A stretch of DNA of 64,000 nucleotides. Source: Candidatus Levyibacteriota bacterium (GTDB lineage: Bacteria > Patescibacteriota > Microgenomatia > Levybacterales > GWA1-39-11). Below are positions 1 through 9,782 of this stretch, piece by piece. A program made the translations under genes and the position numbers. How positions within the stretch are numbered: the first letter of the stretch is position 1; each line of letters begins with the position of its first letter. A model generated the notes under the pieces. The model did no database searches. It was not told the origin of the DNA and saw only the letters and a list, made by a program, of their open reading frames with translations. The DNA is taken from assembly GCA_039738415.1 (NCBI GenBank), contig JBCLLY010000003.1, forward strand, positions 17,084 through 81,083. The letters run 5' to 3'.

Positions 1-1
1 T

Positions 2-2374
2 GCAAAAGCTGCAAAAAGATTTATTGAGAAAAGAACTCCGGAAATATTCGATATCTTGGAAGAGATAACTAAAAACCATCCAGTTCTATTAAACCGTGCT
101 CCTACGTTGCATAAATTAGGATTTCAAGCCTTTTATCCAGTGCTTGTGGAGGGTTCTGCTATTAAGATTCATCCTTGCGTCTGTGCAGGATATAATGCGG
201 ATTTTGATGGAGACCAAATGGCAATTCACGTTCCTCTTTCATTACGTGCTCAAAAAGAAGCAATTGAGCTAATGATGCCTGAATCAAACCTATTAAAGCC
301 TGCTGATGGAAATCCTATTACTCTTCCAAATAAAGAAATGGCACTGGGCTCTTTTTATCTTACAAGTATTGACGCAACTAAAAAACGTGAGATTCTTCCA
401 GCATTCAGTTCAAAAGACGAAGCGTATTTGGCTTATACGCTAAAAAAGATTAATCTCAGAGAACTATTGAGGGTAAGAATTGAAGGACAGATTATAGAGA
501 CAACTATCGGAAGAATAATGTTTAATGAAGGTTTGTCTTCAGTATCTATTCCATTCATGAACAGTGCGATAAAGGCTGCAACAATCCGCGAGATTATAAC
601 AAAAGCTATGGCAGACCATAGTAAATCAGAGGTAGCAACGCTTATCGATGAAATTAAAGAGATAGGATTTTTTGCGGCAACTATTTCCGGTATTTCTGTT
701 TCAACTTTTGATCTTAAGATGCTTCCTGAAAAGGCAAAGCTTATTGAGGGAGCTGAGGTAAAGATTCATGAAATTGATGATGAGTATCAACAGGGACTTA
801 TTACCGTAGCAGAGAAAAAAAGACTTATGAATAATGTTTGGCTTGCTTTAACAGAGAGAATGGCTGACTTAACATGGGATCTTTTCCATGACAATGATAT
901 GGTAAAAGTTATTGCCGAATCAGGAGGAGCTCGTGCAGGAAAAGACCAGATTAAACAAATGGCAGCAATGAGAGGTCTTATTTACGATCCATTGGGACGG
1001 ATTGTTGAACTTCCTATCAAGTCTAATTTCCGTGAAGGACTTTCAATTTTTGAATACGTTAATTCGGCCCGCGGATCTAGAAAAGGTTTGACAGACTCAG
1101 CTTTAAAAACAGCAGATGCAGGATACCTAACCCGCCGTTTGGTTGACGTTGCACATGATGTAATAATCCGTGAAGACGACTGCAACGTTGACAAAGGATA
1201 TGAAATAAACATTGATGAAAATCGTGAGAACATTAATTATCTAACAAATATGCTCTTGGGAAGAGTTACCTTAAAAGATATTGTTTCAAAGAAAACTAAG
1301 AAAGTTTATGTTAAAAAGAATGATGATATTGATCACGATAAATTACATGCAATTTTAAATGATGAAAATGTATCAGTTGCACACATAAGAACACCTCTTC
1401 GTTGTAGTCTTAAATATGGAGTTTGTGCAGCTTGTTATGGCTGGGATTTGTCTACCTATAGAAGAGCAGATATGGGAACTCCGGTTGGAGTGATTGGCGC
1501 ACAGAGTATCGGAGAGCCTGGAACTCAGCTTACTATGCGTGTTAAGCATTTTGGAGGAGTTGTTATGTCTGACGTTACTCAAGGTCTTCCCCGAGTAGAA
1601 GAATTGTTTGAGGTAAGAAAGCCCAAAAATATGGCCTCGGTGTCTGAGATTAGTGGAAAAACTGAGATAGAAAAAGTTGAAGATGGATACATCGTTAAGG
1701 TTAAAAATTCTAGAGTAAAGCCTGTTGAAGAGCGTGAATATTTTGTGCCTCTTGCTTCATCTTTAATGGTTGAGGACGGAGAGTCAATTTCAGCCGGAAC
1801 ACAACTTTGTGAAGGTCATCTTGATCCGAAAGAAGTTCTAAAGGTTCGCGGTCTTGATGCGGCTCAACAGTATCTAATTGGTGAAATACAACATGTTTAT
1901 GAGTCACAGGGGATTGCTATTCACTATAAGCATTTTGAAACTATTGTAAGAAAAATGTCAGATAAAGTTCTAATCGAAACTGCAGGAGACACGCCCCTTC
2001 TTCCAGGAGATCTAATAAGCACTATTCGTTTTGAAGAGGAAAATGCGGAAGTTATGTCTAAGGGTGGGGAACCTGCAACGGCCCGCGAGACGCTTTTAGG
2101 TATAACTAAAGCAGCCCTTGTTACCGATTCATGGCTATCTGCGGCTTCGTTCCAGGAAACAACTCAGGTTCTAACTGATGCTGCGCTTCAAGGTAAAGTT
2201 GATCACCTAATTGGGCTTAAAGAGAATGTTATAGTCGGACGGTTAATTCCAGTTCGTGAAAGTTTTATGGATGATGAAGTTTTAGAAGCAGAGATTGCGA
2301 CAGCAGAAATTTTAGAACAAAGAACAGAAAAAAATAAAGAAGAAGCTGGACTAGAGACTGAACTTTCTGTATAA
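2..2374 (+). CDS. rpoC: DNA-directed RNA polymerase subunit beta' (C-terminal ~790 aa; 5' end lies upstream of the window)
   Basis: Frame is open from base 2, so the track start at 56 is an internal TTG. Motifs [15 protein letters not shown] and catalytic [10 protein letters not shown]. Followed by rpsL-rpsG. Confidence 0.95.
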   Translation, partial: AKAAKRFIEKRTPEIFDILEEITKNHPVLLNRAPTLHKLGFQAFYPVLVEGSAIKIHPCVCAGYNADFDGDQMAIHVPLSLRAQKEAIELMMPESNLLKPADGNPITLPNKEMALGSFYLTSIDATKKREILPAFSSKDEAYLAYTLKKINLRELLRVRIEGQIIETTIGRIMFNEGLSSVSIPFMNSAIKAATIREIITKAMADHSKSEVATLIDEIKEIGFFAATISGISVSTFDLKMLPEKAKLIEGAEVKIHEIDDEYQQGLITVAEKKRLMNNVWLALTERMADLTWDLFHDNDMVKVIAESGGARAGKDQIKQMAAMRGLIYDPLGRIVELPIKSNFREGLSIFEYVNSARGSRKGLTDSALKTADAGYLTRRLVDVAHDVIIREDDCNVDKGYEINIDENRENINYLTNMLLGRVTLKDIVSKKTKKVYVKKNDDIDHDKLHAILNDENVSVAHIRTPLRCSLKYGVCAACYGWDLSTYRRADMGTPVGVIGAQSIGEPGTQLTMRVKHFGGVVMSDVTQGLPRVEELFEVRKPKNMASVSEISGKTEIEKVEDGYIVKVKNSRVKPVEEREYFVPLASSLMVEDGESISAGTQLCEGHLDPKEVLKVRGLDAAQQYLIGEIQHVYESQGIAIHYKHFETIVRKMSDKVLIETAGDTPLLPGDLISTIRFEEENAEVMSKGGEPATARETLLGITKAALVTDSWLSAASFQETTQVLTDAALQGKVDHLIGLKENVIVGRLIPVRESFMDDEVLEAEIATAEILEQRTEKNKEEAGLETELSV

Positions 2375-2390
2375 TAGTGAGTTCAAAGTT

Positions 2391-2443
2391 AAAAGTGCAA
2401 AGTGAAAAATTAATTTTGAACTTTTAACTTTTAATTTTTAATT
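2391..2443 (+). repeat. AT-rich hairpin module, copy 1 (behind rpoC stop)
   Basis: 51/53 nt identical to 2887-2939. AAAGTTAAAAGT (2385-2396) is the exact reverse complement of ACTTTTAACTTT (2420-2431). T-rich tail follows. Confidence 0.8.
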
Positions 2444-2449
2444 TAAATC

Positions 2450-2872
2450 ATGCCTACACTTAATCAGTTAGTAAAAAAAGGGAGATCAAAGAAAGTTAAG
2501 AAGGTTAAAGCAACCGGACTTAGAACTACTTTTAATGCAAAAAACCGAGTATATAGCGTAAATCCTTCACCGCAAAAACGCGGAGTTGTTATATTGGTTA
2601 AGACAATGACTCCAAAAAAGCCAAATTCCGCCTTGCGTAAAGTTGCCCGTGTTAGGCTTTCAAACCGTGAGGAAGTAACAGCTTATATTCAAGGAGTTGG
2701 GCATAATCTCGCAGAGCACGGAATAGTTCTGGTTCGCGGAGGCCGTGTAAAAGATTTACCGGGAGTTAAATATCATTTGGTGAGAGGAAAATTTGATTTA
2801 GGCGGAGTCGAAAATAGAAAAAGTTCAAGAAGCAAATACGGAGCAAAAAGAGGAGGAACAGCTACTGCGTAG
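2450..2872 (+). CDS. rpsL: 30S ribosomal protein S12
   Basis: MPTLNQL start and [16 protein letters not shown] motif; position after rpoC. Confidence 0.97.
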   Translation: MPTLNQLVKKGRSKKVKKVKATGLRTTFNAKNRVYSVNPSPQKRGVVILVKTMTPKKPNSALRKVARVRLSNREEVTAYIQGVGHNLAEHGIVLVRGGRVKDLPGVKYHLVRGKFDLGGVENRKSSRSKYGAKRGGTATA

Positions 2873-2886
2873 CAGAGTTAAAAGTT

Positions 2887-2939
2887 TAAAGTGCAAAGTG
2901 AAAAATTAATTTTGAACTTTTAAATTTTAATTTTTAATT
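2887..2939 (+). repeat. AT-rich hairpin module, copy 2 (behind rpsL stop)
   Basis: 51/53 nt identical to 2391-2443. Confidence 0.8.
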
Positions 2940-2947
2940 AACTAATT

Positions 2948-3427
2948 ATGTCAAGAGGAAATAAAGTAATAAAAAAAAGAGATATAGCACCAGATCCTAT
3001 TTATGGAAAGGTTCTAGTCGCCCGTTTTATAAATAGAGCGATGAAAGACGGTAAAAAAACAACCGCACAGCGGATGGTATATGGTGCTTTTGATATTATC
3101 AAAGAACAAGGGAAAGATCCTATTGAGGTATTTGAAAAGGCAATTGAAGCAGTTGCGCCAAAACAGGAAGTAAGAGCGAAAAGAGTCGGAGGAGCTGCTT
3201 ATCAAGTTCCTATGGAAGTACGTGGTCCCCGAAAAGTATCACTTGCCATCCGTTGGATATTAGAAGCTGCCAAAAAAAGACCTACTTCAGAATATAAAAC
3301 ATTTGATCAAAAACTCGCTGCTGAATTTATGGCCGTACTAAATAACGAAGGAGAAGCTATAAAGAAAAGAGATATGGCTCACAAAATGGCCGATGCCAAC
3401 AAGGCCTTCTCCCACTTCAGATTTTAG
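2948..3427 (+). CDS. rpsG: 30S ribosomal protein S7
   Basis: S7-like sequence (PDPIYG..., AIRWILEAA); follows rpsL. Confidence 0.96.
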   Translation: MSRGNKVIKKRDIAPDPIYGKVLVARFINRAMKDGKKTTAQRMVYGAFDIIKEQGKDPIEVFEKAIEAVAPKQEVRAKRVGGAAYQVPMEVRGPRKVSLAIRWILEAAKKRPTSEYKTFDQKLAAEFMAVLNNEGEAIKKRDMAHKMADANKAFSHFRF

Positions 3428-3484
3428 ATTCATCCATTCTTTGTTGATTTAATCTCTAATTAAAGCTAAAATGAGTGTCATCTT

Positions 3485-4591
3485 ATGGCAGTTAACACTT
3501 TAATTTGTCCCAATTGTAAAAAAAATATCGAGCTTTCAGAGGCTTTGCTCCACAAATTTCAAGAAGAGTTTGAAGTTAAGCATAAAAAAGACATGCAGGA
3601 GGCGGTGCGTCTTGCACAGGAAAAGGTTCGGAAGGACTTTGAGGAAAAAAATTCTGAGGAGATTGAAAAACTTAAGAAAGAAAATGAAAGAAAAGAAGAG
3701 GAATTTGGCAAACGTGAGGTGGAAGCAAGTGAAGAAAAGAAAAAGCTCGAAGAGGAAAGAAAAGAATTTGAAGCAAATAAAGTAAAAGAGGAAGAAAAAA
3801 TAAGGGAGGTTGTTGCAAAAGAAGAATCAGAAAAACATAGATTAGAAAAGCTTGAATGGGAAAAGCAAAAAGCTGATATGCAAAAAACCGTGGAGGAGTT
3901 ACAGAGGAAAGGTAAACAAGGGTCCCAACAGCTCCAGGGTGAGGTTCTCGAGCTCGATATGGAAGAACAGCTCAAAGCCCAATTTCCATTTGATGAATTT
4001 CTTCCCGTACCAAAAGGCATTAAGGGGGGAGATATTTGGCAAAAGATATGTAATAAAAGTGGAAGTGTAATCGGCTCGGTTCTTTGGGAAACTAAAAGAA
4101 CTAAAGAATGGCACAATAATTGGTTACCTAAGCTTAGGGAAGATTCAAGAACCATAAATGCCTCTGAATCAATACTTGTAACCCAGGTTTTACCCAATGG
4201 GGTAAAAAGTTTTGATAGAAAGGATAATGTTTGGGTTACAAATTATGAATACGCACTCCAAACGGCAAGATATGTAAGATTTTTGATTATGAATATTGCT
4301 GTTGCAAAATCATCATCTTCACACAAAGATGAAGAGTTAAGGGCAATTTATGAATACATAACAAGTGAAACTTTTAAGCATAAATTTCAGGCACATCAAG
4401 AAGCAGTTAAGACACTTAGAGACGATTTAGTTACCGAAAGAAGATTAACTGAAATTAGATGGAAAAAAAGAGAAATCCAAATAGAAAGGTTAGACAAAAA
4501 CTCTTCGCATATGTACTCAGAACTTCAAGGAATAGTACCAGAGCTTGCCGATATTGAAATAATAGAGTTAGATAGCGGGGAAGAGGATTAA
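3485..4591 (+). CDS. DUF2130-like protein (N-terminal CxxC ribbon, long E/K coiled coil, C-terminal D...ExK region)
   Basis: CPNCKKNIELSEAL start, about 140 aa of E/K-rich heptad-like sequence, C-terminal GGDIWQKI...VLWETKRTKEW. Family call is from memory of the DUF2130 architecture. Confidence 0.7.
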   Translation: MAVNTLICPNCKKNIELSEALLHKFQEEFEVKHKKDMQEAVRLAQEKVRKDFEEKNSEEIEKLKKENERKEEEFGKREVEASEEKKKLEEERKEFEANKVKEEEKIREVVAKEESEKHRLEKLEWEKQKADMQKTVEELQRKGKQGSQQLQGEVLELDMEEQLKAQFPFDEFLPVPKGIKGGDIWQKICNKSGSVIGSVLWETKRTKEWHNNWLPKLREDSRTINASESILVTQVLPNGVKSFDRKDNVWVTNYEYALQTARYVRFLIMNIAVAKSSSSHKDEELRAIYEYITSETFKHKFQAHQEAVKTLRDDLVTERRLTEIRWKKREIQIERLDKNSSHMYSELQGIVPELADIEIIELDSGEED

Positions 4592-4592
4592 A

Positions 4593-5198
4593 TTATTCCA
4601 CAGCTATAGAAATAATTTTATCTCCAATCGTAAGACTATCAACGACCTCCATTCCTGAAGTAACTTGTCCGAAATTTGTGTAAAGACTATCTAGGTGCGA
4701 AGCGTCAGTTTTAGTAATAAAAAACTGAGAGTCATTGGAGATATTTATATCATCTCGTCTTGCAACTCCTACAGAACCTCTTATAAATGGATTATTGTTT
4801 AACTCAGTTGGCATTTCTCCTCCTCCTGTACCATTACCCAGCGGGTCTCCGCCCTGGGCAACCCAATCTTCAATACGATGAAAAATTAATCCATTGTAGA
4901 AATTACTGGATGCCTTACTTGCAAAATTTGCGACAGTATTTGGCGCTGCATCCGGAAAGAGTTCTATTATAATTGTGCCTTTACCGGTTGTAATAGTTGC
5001 TGTTGAAAAAGGAGGAATTTCTTGCGTCTGCTCGCCCAGTATCTCACTAGATGTAGTTGCAGTAGGCGTAGACTGAGCAGGACTGCTAGTAGTTTGTTGT
5101 GCAATATCTAATTTTGGTTCATTACTATTTGACATAAATATGCTTATAATTGCACCTACTAATAGTATTCCGATAATTATATATGGAAGTTTTTTCAT
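4593..5198 (-). CDS. Cyclophilin-type peptidyl-prolyl cis-trans isomerase with N-terminal membrane anchor
   Basis: Hydrophobic N-terminus, then FHRIEDWVAQGGDP and GGGEMPTE cyclophilin-like motifs. Confidence 0.85.
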   Translation of the reverse strand: MKKLPYIIIGILLVGAIISIFMSNSNEPKLDIAQQTTSSPAQSTPTATTSSEILGEQTQEIPPFSTATITTGKGTIIIELFPDAAPNTVANFASKASSNFYNGLIFHRIEDWVAQGGDPLGNGTGGGEMPTELNNNPFIRGSVGVARRDDINISNDSQFFITKTDASHLDSLYTNFGQVTSGMEVVDSLTIGDKIISIAVE

Positions 5199-5220
5199 GC
5201 AGTTTGGTCATTATAAAGAG

Positions 5221-6321
5221 TTATTTTATAATGGTCAATTGCTTTGAAGACTTTGTTAGAATTTCATAACCGGAGTTTGTCAAAAGCACGTCATCTTCAA
5301 TTCTCACGCCGCCTAATTCCGGTAAATAAATTCCGGGTTCAATTGTTATTACCATATTTTCTCTCAATGGATTACCCTGCGTATATTTTGAAATAGAAGG
5401 TGGCTCGTGAACTTGCAAGCCCAGTCCATGTCCAAGCGAGTGTGGAATCCGGGAAAAGCCAGTTTTTTCTATATGGTTTTGGGCTATTGAGTGAAGGCGC
5501 GAGGCTTCAAAGTCTTTATTTTTCCATTCCTTCAGTTTCCCCAAAGCCATATTTTGTGCATCAAGAACCGTATTGTACATATTAATCTCCTTTTCATTTG
5601 GTGTTCCAAAATATACAGTCCTGCTCATATCGGCGCAGTACCCTTCGTATTTTGCTCCAAAGTCGAGTAATACAAAAGAATTTTTCTCGAGTTTTGTTTC
5701 GTTTGGGATGTGATGAGGAACTGCTGAATTTTTTCCAAAAGCGACTATTGGAGAAAAAGCAAGATCTCCTTCTTGTTCTTTAATATAATTTTCAATTTCC
5801 CACGCCAGTTCCCTCTCGGTTATATTCATTCTAATGTTTTTGAGAATATGAGAATAAGTTTCGTCAGTTATTTTGCATGCAGCCTTAATCTTTTCTATTT
5901 CGCCCTCATCTTTTATCTGTCTTTGCTCTTCTATAAAATCTTCAAGAGGAATAAGTTCCCTATTTTTTAAATTTTTACTTAGCAATTCAAACTCTTTGTA
6001 TAAAAGATTTTCTTTTTCAAAACCAATTGATTTTATTTTCTCTCTTACACAAATTTCAGATAAATTTTTATAAAGATCTTTACTAAAAGTTATTTCGATG
6101 TATTTAAAATTATCGGTTTTTTCTTTTATCGCGAGCATGAACATCCTTGATGCGAGTAGGTATGAATGATTTTTTGTAATAAAAAGATAGTTTTCCCGTT
6201 CTTCAATGTTGGATGGGAAAAGTCCGGATAAATAAGAAATGTTATATGGAGATGTTATAAAAACCGCACCCAATCCGTATGTTGTAAGTTTTTCTTTTAA
6301 AACCTCAATTCTTTTATGCAT
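5221..6321 (-). CDS. M24 family Xaa-Pro aminopeptidase
   Basis: Pita-bread fold motifs DFGAKYEGYCADMSRT, HSLGHGLGLQVHE and TIEPGIY. Confidence 0.88.
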   Translation of the reverse strand: MHKRIEVLKEKLTTYGLGAVFITSPYNISYLSGLFPSNIEERENYLFITKNHSYLLASRMFMLAIKEKTDNFKYIEITFSKDLYKNLSEICVREKIKSIGFEKENLLYKEFELLSKNLKNRELIPLEDFIEEQRQIKDEGEIEKIKAACKITDETYSHILKNIRMNITERELAWEIENYIKEQEGDLAFSPIVAFGKNSAVPHHIPNETKLEKNSFVLLDFGAKYEGYCADMSRTVYFGTPNEKEINMYNTVLDAQNMALGKLKEWKNKDFEASRLHSIAQNHIEKTGFSRIPHSLGHGLGLQVHEPPSISKYTQGNPLRENMVITIEPGIYLPELGGVRIEDDVLLTNSGYEILTKSSKQLTIIK

Positions 6322-6340
6322 AGAGCCTATTATATCAGCC

Positions 6341-6369
6341 TTGACAGTTTTTTTGTTTCTTTATACAAT
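6341..6369 (+). promoter_or_regulatory. Consensus-like promoter for guaB, probably leaderless
   Basis: TTGACA 6341-6346, 17-nt spacer, TACAAT 6364-6369. ATG is at 6375, only 5 nt further, with no SD. Confidence 0.6.
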
Positions 6370-6374
6370 ACGTT

Positions 6375-7523
6375 ATGGAACCCAAATTTAATTTTTCCCA
6401 AGGACTTACTTACGATGACATACTTCTTATTCCCGGATATACAGATTTTTCCCGCTCGCAAATAACTCTTAATACAAAAATTTCTAAAAATATTAAATTA
6501 GAAATTCCATTTATTTCCTCGCCTATGGATACTGTTACAGAATCAAAACTTGCTATAGCGCTTGCTAGACTAGGTGGAATAGGAATTATTCACAGAAATT
6601 TATCTATAGAAAATCAGGTACGAGAAGTAAGTTTGGTAAAAAAAGAAGATTTGTTAGTGGGGGCAGCAGTAGGGAGCAGTAAGGGAGTTGAAGATAGAAT
6701 TAAGGCATTAGCTAAAATAGGAGTTGATGTTATAGTTATAGATTCAGCACACGGATTCACAAAGGATATTATTTCGACAGTCTCATTTATTAAAAAGAAG
6801 TATAAAAATATTGACGTAATAGCTGGAAATATTGCGACTAAAGATGCTGCTGAGGTTTTAATAAAATCTGGTGCTGATGGTTTAAGAGTTGGTATGGGAC
6901 CAGGTGCTATTTGCACAACGCGTATTGTATCCGGAATGGGAGTTCCACAAATTACTGCACTAAGAAATGTTTGTCCGGTAGCTAGAAAAAGTAATATTCC
7001 GGTTATTGCTGATGGGGGAATAAAATATTCGGGAGATATAATAAAAGCACTTGCAATTGGTGCATCAACTGTAATGATGGGAAGTTTTTTTGCTCAAACA
7101 GTTGAATCTCCGGGAAAAATTTTTAACCTCAAAAGAGACGAAATTCCACACCGCTTCCAAAGCATTTTTGATAACAGCACAAATAAGACTTTTAAATTCA
7201 AATCATATAGAGGTATGGGATCAGAAGGCGCTATGAGAAAAGGTGCAAAAATAAAGGCGGAGGATGAATTTCATGGTAAATCATATAGAGATAAGGTTTT
7301 GGTTGCAGAAGGGGTCGAAGGAATGGTACCCGTAAAAGGAACAGTTAAAGAGCTTTTAGATCAAGCAGTTGGAGGGATAAAATCAGGAATGTTTTATATT
7401 GGAGCAAAAAATTTATCAGAGCTTTGGGAAAAGGCAAAATTTATTCAAGTAACTCAGGCATCTTTAACCGAAAGCCATCCACACGGAATAATAATTAGCA
7501 ATACAGGAAAGAGTTATCAATAG
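6375..7523 (+). CDS. guaB: IMP dehydrogenase lacking the CBS (Bateman) subdomain
   Basis: Catalytic loop GMGPGAICTTR and IADGGIKYSGD. At 382 aa, the sequence passes from IHRNLSIENQ...VKK straight to LLVGAAVG with no CBS pair. Confidence 0.88.
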   Translation: MEPKFNFSQGLTYDDILLIPGYTDFSRSQITLNTKISKNIKLEIPFISSPMDTVTESKLAIALARLGGIGIIHRNLSIENQVREVSLVKKEDLLVGAAVGSSKGVEDRIKALAKIGVDVIVIDSAHGFTKDIISTVSFIKKKYKNIDVIAGNIATKDAAEVLIKSGADGLRVGMGPGAICTTRIVSGMGVPQITALRNVCPVARKSNIPVIADGGIKYSGDIIKALAIGASTVMMGSFFAQTVESPGKIFNLKRDEIPHRFQSIFDNSTNKTFKFKSYRGMGSEGAMRKGAKIKAEDEFHGKSYRDKVLVAEGVEGMVPVKGTVKELLDQAVGGIKSGMFYIGAKNLSELWEKAKFIQVTQASLTESHPHGIIISNTGKSYQ

Positions 7524-7590
7524 TAGATAGCAAATGGTTTATAGTAAATGGTAAATAAACTAAAAACTTAATTACATCTCTACCATACGC

Positions 7591-7618
7591 CATTTAACAT
7601 TTAACATTTAACATTTAA
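7591..7618 (+). repeat. Tandem heptamer (CATTTAA) x4 abutting the guaA start codon
   Basis: Four perfect 7-nt units at 7591-7618; ATG at 7620. Confidence 0.9.
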
Positions 7619-7619
7619 C

Positions 7620-9152
7620 ATGATATTAGTTGTTGATTTTGGCTCGCAGACCACGCATCTTATCAGAAGAAGAATTAAAGAATATGGTGCAGCTGCAGAA
7701 ATTGTTACTCCCCACAAAGCGTTAAGAACAATAATGCTTGCCGAACCCAAAGGAATTATTTTATCCGGTGGTCCTACGTCAGTTTATGAAAAAGATGCTC
7801 CTCAGATAGAAAAAGAAATTTTTGATTTGGGAATTCCTATTCTAGGAATATGCTACGGTATGCAGCTTATGAGCAAAATTAATGGAGGGCGTGTAGTATC
7901 GGGAAAAAAAGAGTACGGCCCTGCGAAATTAAATCTGAGATCTAACGTTAAAGAGCTTATTGCGGGAAAGGCTTTACCTGAGAGTTTTACGGTATGGATG
8001 AGTCATGGTGATGAGGTTAAAAAACCTTTTAAAGGCGCAAAGATTTTCGGTTCGACATCAGACGTACCCTACGCATTCGTCGGAGATGTAAAGAGAAAAA
8101 TGTACGGTGTTCAATTCCATCCTGAAGTAGAGCACACAGAAAATGGAGATATTCTTTTAAAAAACTTTTTGTCAATTTGCGGGGAGTCGGTAACGCACGT
8201 CCCGCTGTCTGTTCAGGCTCTTATAAAAGACATAAGAAAAAAAGTAGGTGACGATTATGTTATCGGAGCTCTTTCCGGAGGCGTTGATTCAACTGTCGCA
8301 TCGGTTCTTATGATAGAGGCTATTGGCGACAAATTTATACCGGTTTATGTAGATACGGGGCTTATGAGGTACGACACCGACAAACATATTGAAAAGATTT
8401 TCTTACACCTTAAGGCAAAACCGGTTACTGTAAAAGTTAAAACTGAAATGTTAAAAAGACTGAAGGGTTTAACAGACCCTGAAGATAAAAGAAAAGCTAT
8501 TGGAAAACTTTTTATTGATACGTTTGACAGTGAAGTAAAAAAACTAGCAAAAGAGGGAAAGAATATACGATTTCTTATGCAGGGAACAATTTATAGTGAC
8601 GTAATTGAGAGCCGTGGCACAAAACATTCGTCAAATATAAAAAGTCACCACAATGTAGGAGGACTTCCTAAAAAAATGAATTTAAAACTTATAGAGCCCG
8701 TAAGAAAGTTCTATAAAGATGAAGTTAGAAAACTTGGGAATTTGTTAAATCTACCAGAAGAATTTGTGATGAAGCAGCCTTTTCCCGGACCCGGGTATGG
8801 AGTCCGTATCCGCGGAGAAGTAACCCGTGAGCGTTTAGCTTCCGAAATTAAAGCAGATGAAATAGTGATGGAGGAGTTAAAAAGAGCAAATGTTTTGGAT
8901 AAAGTATTCATTTCCTTTCCGGTTATGACTGGAGCGTATTCAACTGCAGTAAAGGGTGACGGAAGGCATTTCGGTGAGGTTGTAGCACTTAGAATCGTTG
9001 AATCAACGGATGTTATGACTGCGACTTGGGCGCGTCTTCCATATGAAGTGCTGCAAAAAATCTCTTCAAGAATTGTTAACGAAATTCCCGAAATATCTCG
9101 TGTGGTTTATGATATTTCTACCAAACCCCCAGCAACTATGGAATGGGAGTGA
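7620..9152 (+). CDS. guaA: GMP synthase (glutamine-hydrolysing)
   Basis: GATase motif GICYGMQL, PP-loop SGGVDSTV, C-terminal PPATMEWE. Confidence 0.95.
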   Translation: MILVVDFGSQTTHLIRRRIKEYGAAAEIVTPHKALRTIMLAEPKGIILSGGPTSVYEKDAPQIEKEIFDLGIPILGICYGMQLMSKINGGRVVSGKKEYGPAKLNLRSNVKELIAGKALPESFTVWMSHGDEVKKPFKGAKIFGSTSDVPYAFVGDVKRKMYGVQFHPEVEHTENGDILLKNFLSICGESVTHVPLSVQALIKDIRKKVGDDYVIGALSGGVDSTVASVLMIEAIGDKFIPVYVDTGLMRYDTDKHIEKIFLHLKAKPVTVKVKTEMLKRLKGLTDPEDKRKAIGKLFIDTFDSEVKKLAKEGKNIRFLMQGTIYSDVIESRGTKHSSNIKSHHNVGGLPKKMNLKLIEPVRKFYKDEVRKLGNLLNLPEEFVMKQPFPGPGYGVRIRGEVTRERLASEIKADEIVMEELKRANVLDKVFISFPVMTGAYSTAVKGDGRHFGEVVALRIVESTDVMTATWARLPYEVLQKISSRIVNEIPEISRVVYDISTKPPATMEWE

Positions 9153-9663
9153 TTTCTGATCCTTGTATAATACCCATGTCTTGCACAGAAGAAGACAAGT
9201 ATTTCTTGGGAGGAGATGGTTCTTCTGTTGTCTCTTTTGGAATAGACATTTCTACCGGGAGATTTTGTTTAATAACTCCAGTAACAATAATGCTATCCGG
9301 GATTCCAGCCCCCAATAGATGAGCTATTTCATAGCTCCTTCCATCCTGTCCGTCATTTCTAAAGCTTTTAAACGAACCGGTCAGCTTTCCTTCAGTAGAA
9401 CTACCAACAAGAAAGTAGTTATTACTGTTTTTAGTTTTCCACCAAACAACATCGCCGATTTGCGCAGTAGCTAGATCTAAAGTTTGTAATTTATCAATCA
9501 GTTCGGCTGTTTGTTTCGAATCCATCCTCCCTGCATTATCTACTCCAATTGCTTTATCTAGTTGAGCACCTTTGAGCATTTCATTAACATAGTTAAAGAG
9601 TTTTAGGCGTTCTTCTGGAGTTAAAGCTCTTGTTTGTGGCTGATCTTCTCCCGTGTTTTCCAA
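9136..9663 (-). CDS. Hypothetical protein (no recognisable family)
   Basis: 175-codon ORF with a TTG start, so the start is uncertain. Converges on guaA and overlaps its end by 17 nt. Confidence 0.45.
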   Translation of the reverse strand: MENTGEDQPQTRALTPEERLKLFNYVNEMLKGAQLDKAIGVDNAGRMDSKQTAELIDKLQTLDLATAQIGDVVWWKTKNSNNYFLVGSSTEGKLTGSFKSFRNDGQDGRSYEIAHLLGAGIPDSIIVTGVIKQNLPVEMSIPKETTEEPSPPKKYLSSSVQDMGIIQGSEITPIP

Positions 9664-9782
9664 TAGACACTTATTATATCATTTCTAATATATCCATTTA
9701 CTTAGCAGACCTCTTTATTTCTCTCCCTCAATTTGTTATAATAATTTGACCCTAGAAACGGGTTATTTTTTTTAGAAAAACT

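Noticed and set aside
3559-4197. 212-aa minus-strand ORF (S/F/L-rich) and other small ORFs overlapping the DUF2130 gene.
   Set aside because: It is the antisense reading of the E/K-rich coiled-coil codons. It is low complexity with no motifs. The sense ORF has clear family features.
7524-7619. Possible purine/guanine riboswitch in the guaB-guaA spacer (TATAG and TCTACC resemble the J1/2 and J2/3 strands).
   Set aside because: I could not build the P2 and P3 helices or the loop-loop motifs. The resemblance is limited to two short AT-rich words.
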